DNA of 64,000 nucleotides from Phallusia mammillata (Eukaryota): NCBI GenBank assembly GCA_965637545.1, contig OZ281494.1, positions 30,318,001 to 30,382,000 of the forward strand, read 5' to 3'. Shown piece by piece: positions 52,501 to 63,932 of this stretch (position 1 is its first letter; each line of letters starts with the position of its first letter). The notes under the pieces were generated by a model. It saw only the letters and a program-made list of their open reading frames with translations, ran no database searches and was not told where the DNA came from. The position numbers and the translations under genes were made by a program.

Positions 52501-54363
52501 ATTTAACTAAGACGGATGTTAAATACTTTAGATGTCTACTTTGAAAATGAAGATGATGTTGATGATGACGTCACCGAGTCCGGTGGCCCTTCATGGTACG
52601 ATATTGCGTCACGAGCAACCAAAACTAACAAGGTGAGTGTTTGAGTGTGAAGTGAGTTTTCTGTTTGGTTAAAATTGTTCAATAGGCAAGATGAATACAT
52701 TCATACATAAATCTTTCTTCGCCAGCCCATTGAAGGCGTTGTACCGAATCAAGCCGATCTCTCAAGCATTCCCATTAGGGAAGGCACAGGCTAGAAAAAA
52801 TCTAGCGTGCGGTGTGATTCGAACTCATGACAGTAGTATTTGCGGGACTCTACACAGGCCCTGTGGTGAGCCGCCAAAGGTCGAATCACATTCGGTATAA
52901 TGCCCTCAATGGGCCTGGCGTACAATTGTTTGTTTAATAGGCAATGTCAAACATACGTTCATGATGTATGAGATCTATCTGAAAGATATTACTTCTTTTT
53001 CAATCAGTTTCACCGTTGGAATGCGACGAACTTTTGGTCCAAGGCCTTTCGCTACGCAACTAACCTTCTGGAGCAACCTTACATAGCGGACGTGTACACG
53101 ATAGGTGGCTACTACGCTCACGTCATGTTGGAGCTGATCCAAGCAGAGTCGTGCGTGAAACTAAACGACACTAACGCCACGGTGTTCACGGGCGACCCCC
53201 AGCGGCAGCTCACTCACCGCCAGTGGTACGTCACTAAGAGGCGCTCAAGCGCAATCCTCTTCCCCGTGCGCGGGCTCAAGTCGGCGCTGGAAGCCGGTTT
53301 CGAGATCGTTTACGAGGGAGAAGGCGGAAGTCCCTGCAGTCCGTTTATTACGACACTGGCGCAGACACGTGACCTGCTGATGACGTCACTCAGCGAGGAG
53401 TCCAGCGATCCGTACCAAACCGAGGTTGCGCCGAATTTTGAGAAGTCGCATTATGTGAGATTTCTGGAGCTCGCTCACGGACGGGAGTTGGTCTCTGTAC
53501 GGGGAAATCCGCCTGAATGGTCGGACATTGAATGCTTGTTTCTGCCACAGACATTGTGCGGTTGCCAGGAGGCTAACTCAACCACATGCTGGCGCTTTTG
53601 CTTCGCCGGCAAGACGGTGTCCTTCCAAGAGGGCGTGTCGAGTGTATGGCCGATTAAACAGCTTGCCTTTGAAAGCTGGCGTCAAGTTGATAATGGCCCA
53701 AAACGCATATTGAACAAAAAAACGAAGCTATTACGGCGACTATTTAATCAGCAGTACAGTGACATGCTTGTCTGTTTGGGTAAGTACAGTCTTTTGTGTA
53801 TGTGTTGTATATTGACATAAATATGTATCTTCAAGACAATAATAAGTTTTTTTTAAAAAACTTTGAAATGATGGTTTAAAAATGATGACTGTCGTTCTGA
53901 GTCAGAATTATTTGTACTTTTCAGTTTCTAGACAAACCCGTTTATGATAGCAAACAACATTTAAGATCTAGTTAATGGCATCACTCAAACGCACCATCAA
54001 ACAACCAAAGTTGCTGTTGGCTAGCTGTGAATGATAATTTACCCCAAAATAGGGTGTTTAATGTGTGTAAAGTCACTAAAGTGTATTAAATTTGAAGCTT
54101 AACATAATAGCCTGTAACTTTTTTTTAAATTTTCAACAGAGGACACTATGAACGGCAAGATCGACAAAATGCCCACGTGCATGGGACGGATGTTTGAATT
54201 GCTTGATGCTGGGAAAAAATTAGTGACTCAACCCTTATTTCACAACGGTGACCCCTATATTGGACCCAATGCTGCCCCCGAATGGAAGTTTATTAGGGGA
54301 CACTTTGAGCTTGATGGCGACATGAGTTATGGGAGCACCTTCTCAGGACCCAAGTTTTGTTAA
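40504..54363 (+). CDS. Secreted signal peptide-TSP1-VioB/RebD/StaD-like protein with C-terminal ferritin-like domain, about 1,284 aa
   Basis: Exons 40504-40588, 41111-41266, 43305-43456, 43761-43917, 44369-44513, 45320-45448, 45855-46011, 46680-46897, 47465-47717, 48140-48289, 48589-48735, 48996-49126, 49272-49322, 49995-50135, 50804-50968, 51339-51524, 51795-51930, 52272-52470, 52532-52632, 53008-53779, 54140-54363. These sum to 3855 nt in one open frame, with optional microexons 43556-43582 and 43706-43726. Motifs: WGHWGPWSRCSASCDRGQQTRHRRC (TSP1); WPRIHFYGKFHVNDPTANN; RMVDLDPDWQ; PSWEEHIRPIFQFYYNMFPIM; PNFMPTTRDLS; LLELYTIPPYLTALFS; EEMLHMSLAANILNSIGG; YEGEG; SHYVRF. Confidence 0.85.
41466..41646. 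mobile_element. hAT-type MITE (181 bp)
   Basis: TIRs cagtggtgggattca / tgaatcccaccactg; TSD ctcgcaac/gtcgcaac (7 of 8 match). Confidence 0.85.
46101..46315. mobile_element. hAT-type MITE in an intron of the VioB-like gene
   Basis: cagtggttctcaaact ... gtttcagaactactg with internal gcgacgc repeats; TSD gcttatat/gctgaaat (6 of 8 match). Confidence 0.65.
47773..47893 (+). mobile_element. tRNA-derived (Leu/Ser-like) retroposon with poly(A) tail
   Basis: A box ttggccgaatggtc, B box ggttcgaacccc, an A17 tail and aaattga flanking both sides (TSD-like). Confidence 0.55.
49440..49615. repeat. Degenerate 14-bp minisatellite (AATTTCATCGCAGC) in an intron of the VioB-like gene
   Basis: Repeated aatttcatcgc(a/g)(g/a)c units are visible. 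Confidence 0.75.
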
Positions 54364-55433
54364 CTAGCCCCAAAGAATATTTTCTCTTGTGCAATCTTGT
54401 GATGTATTGTGCTTTTTTAATTGGTAGAGCTGCTAACACCATCACTAACGCCATCCACACATCAAGTGAAAATCTGATGGCCTACGCAGAAGGCTAAAAT
54501 ACTTATTTAGAAGCTAAAGGTTGGTAGGGATCGGGTAGTAGCCGTAACCGATGGCATTTTATATGTCGTTTTAAGCAGGTGTTTGTGCTCTGCGCTACCT
54601 ACTGAATTTTAGCTAAATGTGCGGCTAGTAGATCTTCCATTTTATTCATGCACAATCTTCTAATACCACAATTGTTGGGAGAAACGGTGTCTATCATACG
54701 TTATTTTTTTGATATAGGACTCACAACGCTATAGTTGATCTCAAATTCTTAAAATATGCTCCCACTGTATTAAAATTTCCAACTTAACACCAATACTTTA
54801 AGCAGAAACATACTTTCTTTAGTTTGCCACTTGCCATCTTAAATTGAGGAGTGCAAGCTTTTATTTTATGTTTTAGCTTTGCGTAACATTAATATGTCTC
54901 AACGTTTGTTGCGTGCAATACTTGCCACAATATGTTCAGTTTCAGTTGCACTTTCTGTGAAACTATTTTTTCGCCTATTCTGCCACGATTTACTGCTATC
55001 TAAGATTGTACTGTGTTAATAGTACGATTGGCCTATATATTTCTGTTTATATTCGTTTCCGAAATGTTTAAATCCGTACATAGACTAACTTTTTTCGATT
55101 TGTTATTTAAAGATTGTGTAAGAATAATACGAATTTTGCCAAACCATGCCAAATAATACGACTTTGTAAACTGCCACAACAAAAGCCAACAAGTCTCTGA
55201 CGACTTTTCTGTAAAAATGTCTGAAAAAATGGTTCACAATAGTTTCTATCAAAGACTTAAAAAAGGAATCTAAAATGTATTTTATAAACTAAGTACTCTT
55301 CAGTAAAAAAAATCTTGCGAATTAGAACAACAACAACCACGTGATGATGTTTTGATGTTACGCTCTGTTACACACGCGCACGTGTTGGTTAAAACAAAGT
55401 CTTGACACATTTCAATGAAGGATTTGTGGTGAC

Positions 55434-58400
55434 CAGGGTTTTTTTAAGGTTTGGTTTGGGTGACCGCTAAGTAGTTTTAAGAGACCGCAAGTGTTTCATT
55501 TAAATACCAAAAAATAGCCATATTTGCTTAAACGAATTATTTATTAGGCTACTGGCAGTGCACAATCACAGAACAAATTTTTCAGGTGGCATCTGATGCA
55601 ACAAAACAGATTCGCAATCCCGTTCCCATCCGCCAGCTTCCATTTCTTCGTTGTTTGCAGATTCCAACGCCTTCAATGCTCGCACTGTATATCACTGTTC
55701 GTCGGTCCTTTGTTTTTTGCCACTTCTCAGCTATCTTTTGTGCATCCTCGTCAGTGAGCTGCTCCGGACCGTTCATCGAAATGTTGATTAGAGCATTCAG
55801 GGTGATATCTAGTAGCCTATTTCGTTGCTTGGTTTTAACACGACATAGAGTCGAAAATCCTCGCTCTGGCCAGGCGGTTGCTAGAGGAATTGACAATGCA
55901 ATGCAGCAAAGTCGATGCAGCTCTGGAAACATTTGCTGGAATACGTTGCCTCGAGCAATTTTGCTGCAGACATCACCGGGATCTTGGCAGAACTCAAATT
56001 CTGGCATTGTCATTCTATCTTTCAACGTTTGATAGTCATTTAGTACTTTCAAGGTTTGTTCAGCAGGAACAATGTCAAATCTTCTGACAAGCAGCGAGAG
56101 ATCATCATTCCCATAAAGCTGGCGCTGAGGGGTATCAAGAGGAATCTCATTAGCATCAAAGATTCGAAAAGCAGAGAGTACCTCAGGGTCAGGGAAACGT
56201 TCTTCGAGATTACAGAGCAGTGCCTCACAGTATGTTTCTGTGGTGAATCGCAGCAGTTTAAAGTCATCTTCAAGAAGTGTATTTTGAGATCTTGGTAAAA
56301 TTTTTGAAATCTTCTCCCAGTCAAATTTTAGGCTATTTAAAACCTGATCTGAATTGGCAATGCTCCTAATCTCTTTTTTGCATATTGAAAGTGCCGACTG
56401 CATGTGAGAAAAGTGAAAACTACCTTTTTGAAACAACAATGATAACTTGTTGAGATGGACCAAAGCAGCATTCAGCAAGTAAAGGGAGAAAAGAAAGCGT
56501 TTGGAGCAAATTAAATGAAGAATACCAACTGCTGTGCAATCTTTCTTCTCGGTAGCAAAATATTGGAGCGTAGCGTGTACAGCAGGCAGTTCTGCTTTCA
56601 TTGCGATTACAGCCTGACCATGAGATAGCCAGCGAGTACGGCAGGCTTTAACTAATTTTCGCGCAGACGAATCAACATCAACAGTTTGCATTTCTTGTAG
56701 TTTTGCGGTCTTGAGCGGCGAAATTGAAAAGTACTTCCACGTCTGGACTAAGCCACGTTCGCAATCCTGGATGTGTTGTAGCTCCTTTACCGTGTCCGTA
56801 CATGCCAAGGCTAAGCGATGCGCATGGCAGTGCACTGTGTAGGTAATCGGATTTTGTGCAGTCAATTTCTGTGAGAGGGAATTTCGGCGGCCTATCATTG
56901 CAGCAGCTCCATCGCATGCAATAGCGACATGTTTACCCACATCAAGACTGTAGTCAGCAGCGACCTCTTTCCAGAGTCGGAATAGGTTGGCAGCAGTTGC
57001 CCCGCGAGCGTCTATCCGACGGATATCCAAAAATGCAGTTGCCTGGCGTCCCTTTTTATTGACGTAATGAACAAATGTAATATATTGCTGCAAAGTAGCA
57101 ATATCGGTTGTCTCGTCGACCATGGTAGCCCAGCATAGGCTTTGCTTGACATCAGCAACGATGCGATCAGTCAGATGGTCGGAGATGAGCAAAATAAACT
57201 CCGTCACTGCTGTTGAACTGGTATGTCGCAGGTCACGAAGCCGGTCATGCGGTCAACCAGTGTTTGCAAGGAAGCAACTTTTCGATTCGCTACTTCCTCT
57301 TTCAGTACCCAGTAAATTAGGTGTACTCTCTCAGCCACTGTTTTGGTTTTATTTAATACACGATCTTGATACTTTGTGTGAAATAGCGAGACACGTTGGT
57401 TCTGTTCCAGTTTAACTGCTTGCTGGTGTTGCTCCGAGCTCAGATGCATATCCAGACGAGAGGGGCGCTGAGGTCTGGCGGGTACGCTGGTGTAAACATC
57501 AGCAAACTTGCCTCGGCCAGTGATAGCTACTGGATGCTTAGGCCTTAGAGCAAAGCAAACATATTATGCCTCCGTCAGCATGGAGGGTGAACACGTTCAT
57601 TCGTAGAGCATCATCAAAACCTTTCAGTTTAATCCACGATTGAAATATCTTGTTGGATGGTGCAGCTAGAACAGTCGTCGACGATGCAACAGAAAGAGTC
57701 GACTGCTCTTGAACATTTTCAGCAGAATTGCGGTCATTCAGTAAAACACAATCAGAACTTGTGGTGCTGTTGGCAGATGCGGTTTCGGTGGTTAGAGCAG
57801 CAGTACGTGTTTTCGGTTTACAAGAAAAGAACTGCTTTATACTTCGATTGTTAGGTTTTTCAGAGGATAAGCGTTTACGCTGCGACATTTTCACCTGAAA
57901 TAACTCACAAAAACTTAAAATTTTTAAGTTAAAAAAATAGAAAGAGTATTTAAGAAATAGCCTATTCTAAATTTTATCGCAAAAACAATCTTTCTATCTC
58001 AAAAATGCTCAAGATTTCGACTGTCACGTCTTCCTTTTCTTTTACCAGGAAAGAGATCGCTGATCAATTAACGACTGAATAGTTCTACTTCTGAGATCGC
58101 TGATCAAAATCTTTAGAGAACTGGCAAAAAGGGCGATGTAATCTACAATAGCACTTGCAAATAACGCATTAAAACTTGATAGCAACTGTCAGCACTTCAA
58201 CGTATTTCTTAATTTCTGTCCTTCCTCTCTTTTACACTCAAAATATGCCGCCTTATATAATGCCAAAAATATTCTCCCACCTACGAGAAGCTTCGGTTAA
58301 GTTACGTCACAAACAATTGTTAAAACTAAACGTCAGGTTGAGTAAATACGTTTATGACATCATAAACTTCATAATATTCAGTTTAAGTCAGAGAAGAGTC

Positions 58401-58971
58401 CAGAAGGAATATAATTAACTCGAATCTAGGTTTCGCAAGAAAAGCAATCATTACGTTATTTCTGATTTCAAAGGTTACTTTAGGACAAACATTAATCTCT
58501 AAAGATGCGGTACAAACCTAGGCATTTAAACTACATACAATCAACGCAACACAAAATGAATTATTCGACAAGGCACAGCTTAAATGATTGTGACAGCGAT
58601 CAAACAGCCTGCCCAACACGGCCGCCAAACAAGTTTGCTGCACAATCAAACAAAGTGTGCTTGTTGGCTTCTGCTTGTTATGTTTCCACACGTAAAAACT
58701 GATCATTATGCGCCATAAATCAGAAATAAACATTGACGAGTATCGAAGGTGCACTTCTTTTGTGAATAACTCTTTGATTCAGCTGTTAGCTGTACCTCCA
58801 CTTATTCTTTTTTTCCGGACGTGAACTATTGATCGTAGGCTATATTCGTATTATCGACAAGACATAGCGAGAAACAACCATTACTTTTCTACTGTAGTTG
58901 CAAGTACAAATTTTGGGAAACCGCTGGAGAAATTTGAAACGGTCCCCCAAAACACCTTAAAAAAAACACTG
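55434..58971 (-). mobile_element. hAT DNA transposon, 3,538 bp, complete ends
   Basis: TIRs cagggtttttttaagg...gaccg at 55434 and its near reverse complement ending 58971; perfect 8-bp TSD GTGGTGAC on both sides. Confidence 0.93.
55582..57888 (-). pseudogene. hAT (ZNF862/Charlie-like) transposase disrupted by two frameshifts
   Basis: ORF pieces 57894-57538, 57449-57204 and 57207-55582. Catalytic landmarks VDETTD, ACDGAA, CHAH, RW and WPERGFS. An extra base with TAA lies near 57540 and a missing base near 57240. Confidence 0.88.
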
Positions 58972-60807
58972 GTGGTGACTAACAAAAAACGTATCTAATT
59001 GGTCTTGGACTTTTAGAGAAGCCGTACCTGATGGCTATTGGACTTAAAGGACGTAAACAACGCATGTTTAGACCAAAAAATGCATAAGAGAATCTAATCT
59101 TCAGTTGAACTATTTTGTTGCTGAGGCATACTGGCGCAGAACTGAACGCCACGAATTTGTAACCGATTTATGGTTGTTTATATGGTTTTCATAAATTTCT
59201 GTTCAAAAATGAAGACAATCTGATCATGTGGTTCTGTGGACTGTGACAAATAATTACAAAGTACACGCAAACAGATTTGTTTCAAACTTAGTGGCTTAGC
59301 TTCGGCATGAAACAGTTGACACAGCCTGCATTAAGCTTTGCGACACTAGCATTGTCTAGTTTTATCAAAATTATACTATTTTGTCAAATGAAGTGGGTTT
59401 CTTTTTTTGTCCAATATGGCCAGTCCATTAGCTGGAGATGTTGAACTTGCAGTGTATGAACCTTACTGTTTAATGCAAGACATTGCCAACCATCCATTTA
59501 CTGTGAAAGAAAATGGTTTGGAATGCAACCGTGATCTTGCAAATATGTTTTTCTCTGCCCGTACTGGAGTAATAAATGCTTATGACAAGTAAGTGTAACA
59601 TGTGTTTGGTGAGGTCGTAAATATAACACAATATATATACTGTTGGTATTAAAATAAGTTAATACACTTTATAGTCTTGACAATTACATGTGTACTTTTA
59701 GCACTGTGAATGTTCGATCAATTCAACGGTTCCAGTTGTTAAAGAAAAATCTTTTGGAACTTCCAATGTATGTAACTTGCAAACTCAAGTACTTTGGCAT
59801 AAACCATAGTGGTTCAACACAAACCAAACAAGGTACGCCATTAGTTGCTTCTAAATACTGCATATTTTAAGGAACTTGTTTTATTCTTATTACAACAGAT
59901 ACTTTTATTATTGCATTAAACACCAAACATGCAAAAATCCAGCGACAGTTCAAGGATGCTCTTTTACAAGCTGAACAATGTTTAGAAAGAGGGAAAAATT
60001 AAGTTGACAGTATGTGAAATAAAATACATTTGTGTATGTTTTGCAAACAATTACTAATGGAACTTAATAATTATTACTGTCAGAACTTAATTAAATGCAT
60101 GTTTACTTGCAATATTTATTTCAATCAAATTATGTTTTTGATTGCTTTTTGTGCATTATATGGATTGTAAACACTATCATTCTAGACTTGTTTAATTTAA
60201 TTCTCTTTATTTCAATTCACTAAAAAGTTCAAAAAACATTTTTTGCAACATAAAAAAGTAATAAGTATCGTTATATTTAAAAAATATGTTTTTTTAAAGG
60301 CACATTTTTAAGAAACAAACATTTATGGAAAATATTGTATCTAGCTCAACCTAAATCTATTAAAACAACTACAAAAACTTACGACATTATACCTGTCCTC
60401 ACAATCTTTGCATGGAATCCACTATGCAATCTGCACTCACCACCTTTTTAGTCGTTATTTTACTGTTCAGCCCTGATTGACTACTGTAACTGCTTGTACA
60501 AGGTTGTTGCTTTCCTGTAGAAAATTTCAAATGAAAACATACACACTAACACATTGTTGGTAAATACAGTGAGCCTCAGTTAAATTGGGTTCGGTTAATT
60601 CGGGTCTTCGCCTAATTCAGACAAAACTCCAGGTACAAATGATTTTTAATGTAGTAAGACTTGAACTAATCGACATCAGTTAATCTGGATCTTCGCCTAA
60701 TCCGGCCAACATTTTCGGTCCCTGTGAACCAGTTCTTCAGTGGTTAATGCCCAGTTGTTATGCCAACATACTTTTGTTTTGTATACGTTTTGTAAAAACT
60801 ACCCAGC

Positions 60808-62030
60808 ATACGCGTTGTGCCACTATCAGAATGCAAGGAAAATATGTACTAGCAAAAGCATAGCATTTGCTTTGACGTGAATATAAAAGAAAGTAGATCG
60901 TTAGGAAGTTTGTTTATTTGTTACAAATCGGTGATAGAATAAGAATATGAAACAATATAGTTATCTGTAATTGGGTGTAAGGGTGAACTATAAGATTTTT
61001 AGTAGGCCTGTTTATAAGAGGTATAGTTTAGCATATGTGGCTATTTCCATCAGTCATAAGGATGTAAATGAAACTATTTTTGTAATGAATCAATGGTAAA
61101 ATTAGGCAACGTTGCAAAAAAGGCAGGTTTCCGTAACACGAGGGATTGACAATAGGTTTACAGGATGTTTTAGCTCTTTTTCACGTACAGTATGTTTCGC
61201 GGAGCCACCCTCAAACTTTTTGATGTTGTGACTTAGTTTGAAACAGGAAAACGCTTTGCCGGGATTAGGAATGTTGTATAAAAGTTATCATAGTCTTGTA
61301 TGTTATTAACCCTATGTGCCGATTTTGTGCAGTTGCTTGTTAATGGAGTTTAGACTATTCGATGCCTAGGAACACAATGTCCCGTGTGAAAACGGTTGCG
61401 GGATTTTCCTGTCTTTCAGCGTTCATTGGAATGTTACTGTTGGTGGAAGGGGCTTATGCCGGTATGTACGTGCACATAACTTGTTACTAGTGGTTCGATA
61501 CAAAGCGCTAACATAGTATAGTATTTTCATTTAGAGATTTTTTTTATACCGAACCTTAAACAGCGCAATGGCGCGCATTGATATGTTTCAGTACTAACCA
61601 AGTTGGAGATATCGTTGTGTTATTGATGGTTGACTTTCAATTCAATTATTTACGGTTTAGGTATGTAGTGGTGACCATAAGCGCCGGCACAAAAAAGAGT
61701 TGACGCTTTTGCAGTCTTGAGATCTGTTTTAAGAACATACCTAAATAATGCAGTATATTTCAATAATACAATGCATTTTAATGACCCTATGTTAATTTTA
61801 TATATGCCTAGTCTTCGTCGTTGACATTTGACCTTATTTCTGCTCAGGCTGGGGACACTGGGGCCCGTGGAGCCGGTGTAGCGCGTCGTGTGATCGCGGC
61901 CAACAAATACGTAACCGCCGATGTTTGGGAAGCAATTTAGCGGCAACCAGATGTCCAGGATCCGGCAAAGAGATAAAGACATGCCACGATTTGTTGTGCC
62001 CATGTAAGTAACATCTTATTTCTATCATAA
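60808..62030 (+). repeat. Segmental duplicate of 39905-41293 (upstream region, signal-peptide exon, intron, TSP1 exon)
   Basis: Both copies begin catacgcgttgtgccactatcagaat and end tctatcataa; high identity with scattered indels. Confidence 0.93.
61377..62003 (+). CDS. First two exons (signal peptide and TSP1) of a paralog of the TSP1-VioB-like gene; the remainder is beyond the window or lost
   Basis: Exon 61377-61461 encodes MSRVKTVAGFSCLSAFIGMLLLVEGAYA, identical to the first copy. Exon 61848-62003 encodes WGHWGPWSRCSASCDRGQQIRNRRC...KTCHDLLCP with intact splice sites. Confidence 0.78.
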
Positions 62031-63503
62031 CCCAGTCAGAAAAATTATCTCCCGCCATCCATGACTTTTCCCCCGAAATGGAAACCCGGGGGAAAAGTAG
62101 GATGAAAAGTTGATGCTGAGCCAATGATATCAAGGACCTATATATCTATGTAACGCTTTCTTTTGCGTGTCCCCTCACGCAAGCGTCACACAAGGTGGCT
62201 TAAGTAAAACGCGGACACCAAGAACGACAATTCGTTTTTAATTTTGGTCGAATCCGGTTTTTCTGCGAATGAAAACGAAAACGTATAAAGCACAAATCGC
62301 ACTCGAAACACAACAATTAAACATACCGACTGTTTGGCCACAGGGGTTTTGGTATTAAATATTGCTTTAAAGGCCGAACAAATCCTGCACAAACAACCAA
62401 ACATTTACAGGTTTAGAACAAAACTTCACATTACAGTACAAAGCCAAACTTACCAGCAAAATGATTCACAAATGCAGCTTTATCAAACTCAGCAATTTAT
62501 TTATACTTTCTAGCTGCTAAATAAAGGTATCAGAGTTTAGATTGATGGCTTCAATTCAAATTATGCCTGTCAGCAGTTCACAAACGTACACCACGAGGCA
62601 AGTTACAAATGATTGCAACATACACAGTACACAGGCAATTGACGTCACGCATTGGAACATTAATTGTCACGCAATGGAACACTAACTGTTGCGTCACAGG
62701 ACAATTGTTATACGTTTGCTGGACAAAGTTATATTCACAGCAGTTGACAAAAACGACGTAACATCTACCTAACTTGCCATGAAACTTGACGCCGGACCAC
62801 AGATAATTCATAGATAAGAATTTTTGTATGGTTCATCTGCGGGCTTTTGCCAGCTTTTCTCCGTTTTTTCTTTGGGCCTTTTTCGGTTACCCGACAATTT
62901 TCACCATTTTAACTATGATCAGCTATAATTTACTGCGTTTTTATCCCACTGACCTTTCCAGCAAACACAATACATCAAATATGGTCTCTTTGCAATATAT
63001 TTTAGCGCATAAGGTTTACACAGTTGACAGTACTCACACTTCGACAAATAAAAGTTCGACGTAAAAATAAACAGGAAACACCCACTAAACAGCATCTTCC
63101 AATTCATCTCATAACAATGCTGGATAATTTGCTTCCTTTCATTTCACCTACAGATCCAGACAAAGAGTTAGATCACAATTGTATAGGAAAAATAAGAAGT
63201 AGGAGATTCTGGCTTTCTTATATTAAACTTACCATAACAATAATTGACTTTCATAATGTGAATCAGACTTTTTGCTTCCACGTAATGGTTTTGACTTAAA
63301 CTGAATCTAAATACCAATTCTCACTTGTCTTTACTTGCAAATTGCTTAAAAAGTTATATTTACTTTATGAATAATAAAGATACACTTACTGGAGTAACGC
63401 TGTTGTCACCAAGACCACTCACGGTGCATTCTTTTGCCAAATACTTCCTTACGAACAGTTCTACGAATTCTAGCAGTTGCTGTGTTATAAGCGTCCTCTA
63501 CAG

Positions 63504-63924
63504 CAGTGGTTCCCAAACTTTTTCATATTTTTTTCAAAACGGTCCCTTTGCCATTATTTCGAGGGCTCGCGGTCCTTCAGCCTAAATGTGTATTTCATAA
63601 AAACTAAAGTTGATTGCAGGATTTTAGCTAATAATGCAAAATTGCGCATAACAATCATCCAAAGACAGCATATGACATCACAAACAGGACAAAAAACATT
63701 ACGATTGTGCGCGAACAATTGCATTTTTGATAGTTGTCATTCAATAAAGGCCATTGTTTAGCAATCGAGACAGTCGATTCTCAATTCTACTTTGATTTAA
63801 ACTTATTTAGTGGCACAAACTGACGCCAAAAAAGATTATTGAATTACTTCAACCGCTTCGCGGACCCCCAAAAATTGCCCCACGGACCCCTAAAGGACCG
63901 CGGACCCCAGTTTGGGAACCGCTG
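63504..63924. mobile_element. hAT-type MITE, inverted copy of the 15288-15710 family
   Basis: TIRs cagtggttcccaaact / agtttgggaaccgctg; perfect TSD CTCTACAG. Confidence 0.9.
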
Positions 63925-63932
63925 CTCTACAG

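Noticed and set aside
24081-54363. Bacterial contamination or symbiont DNA as the source of the GHR and VioB-like genes
   Set aside because: Both are split by many spliceosomal introns containing host MITEs and SINEs, and they are contiguous with PRPF3.
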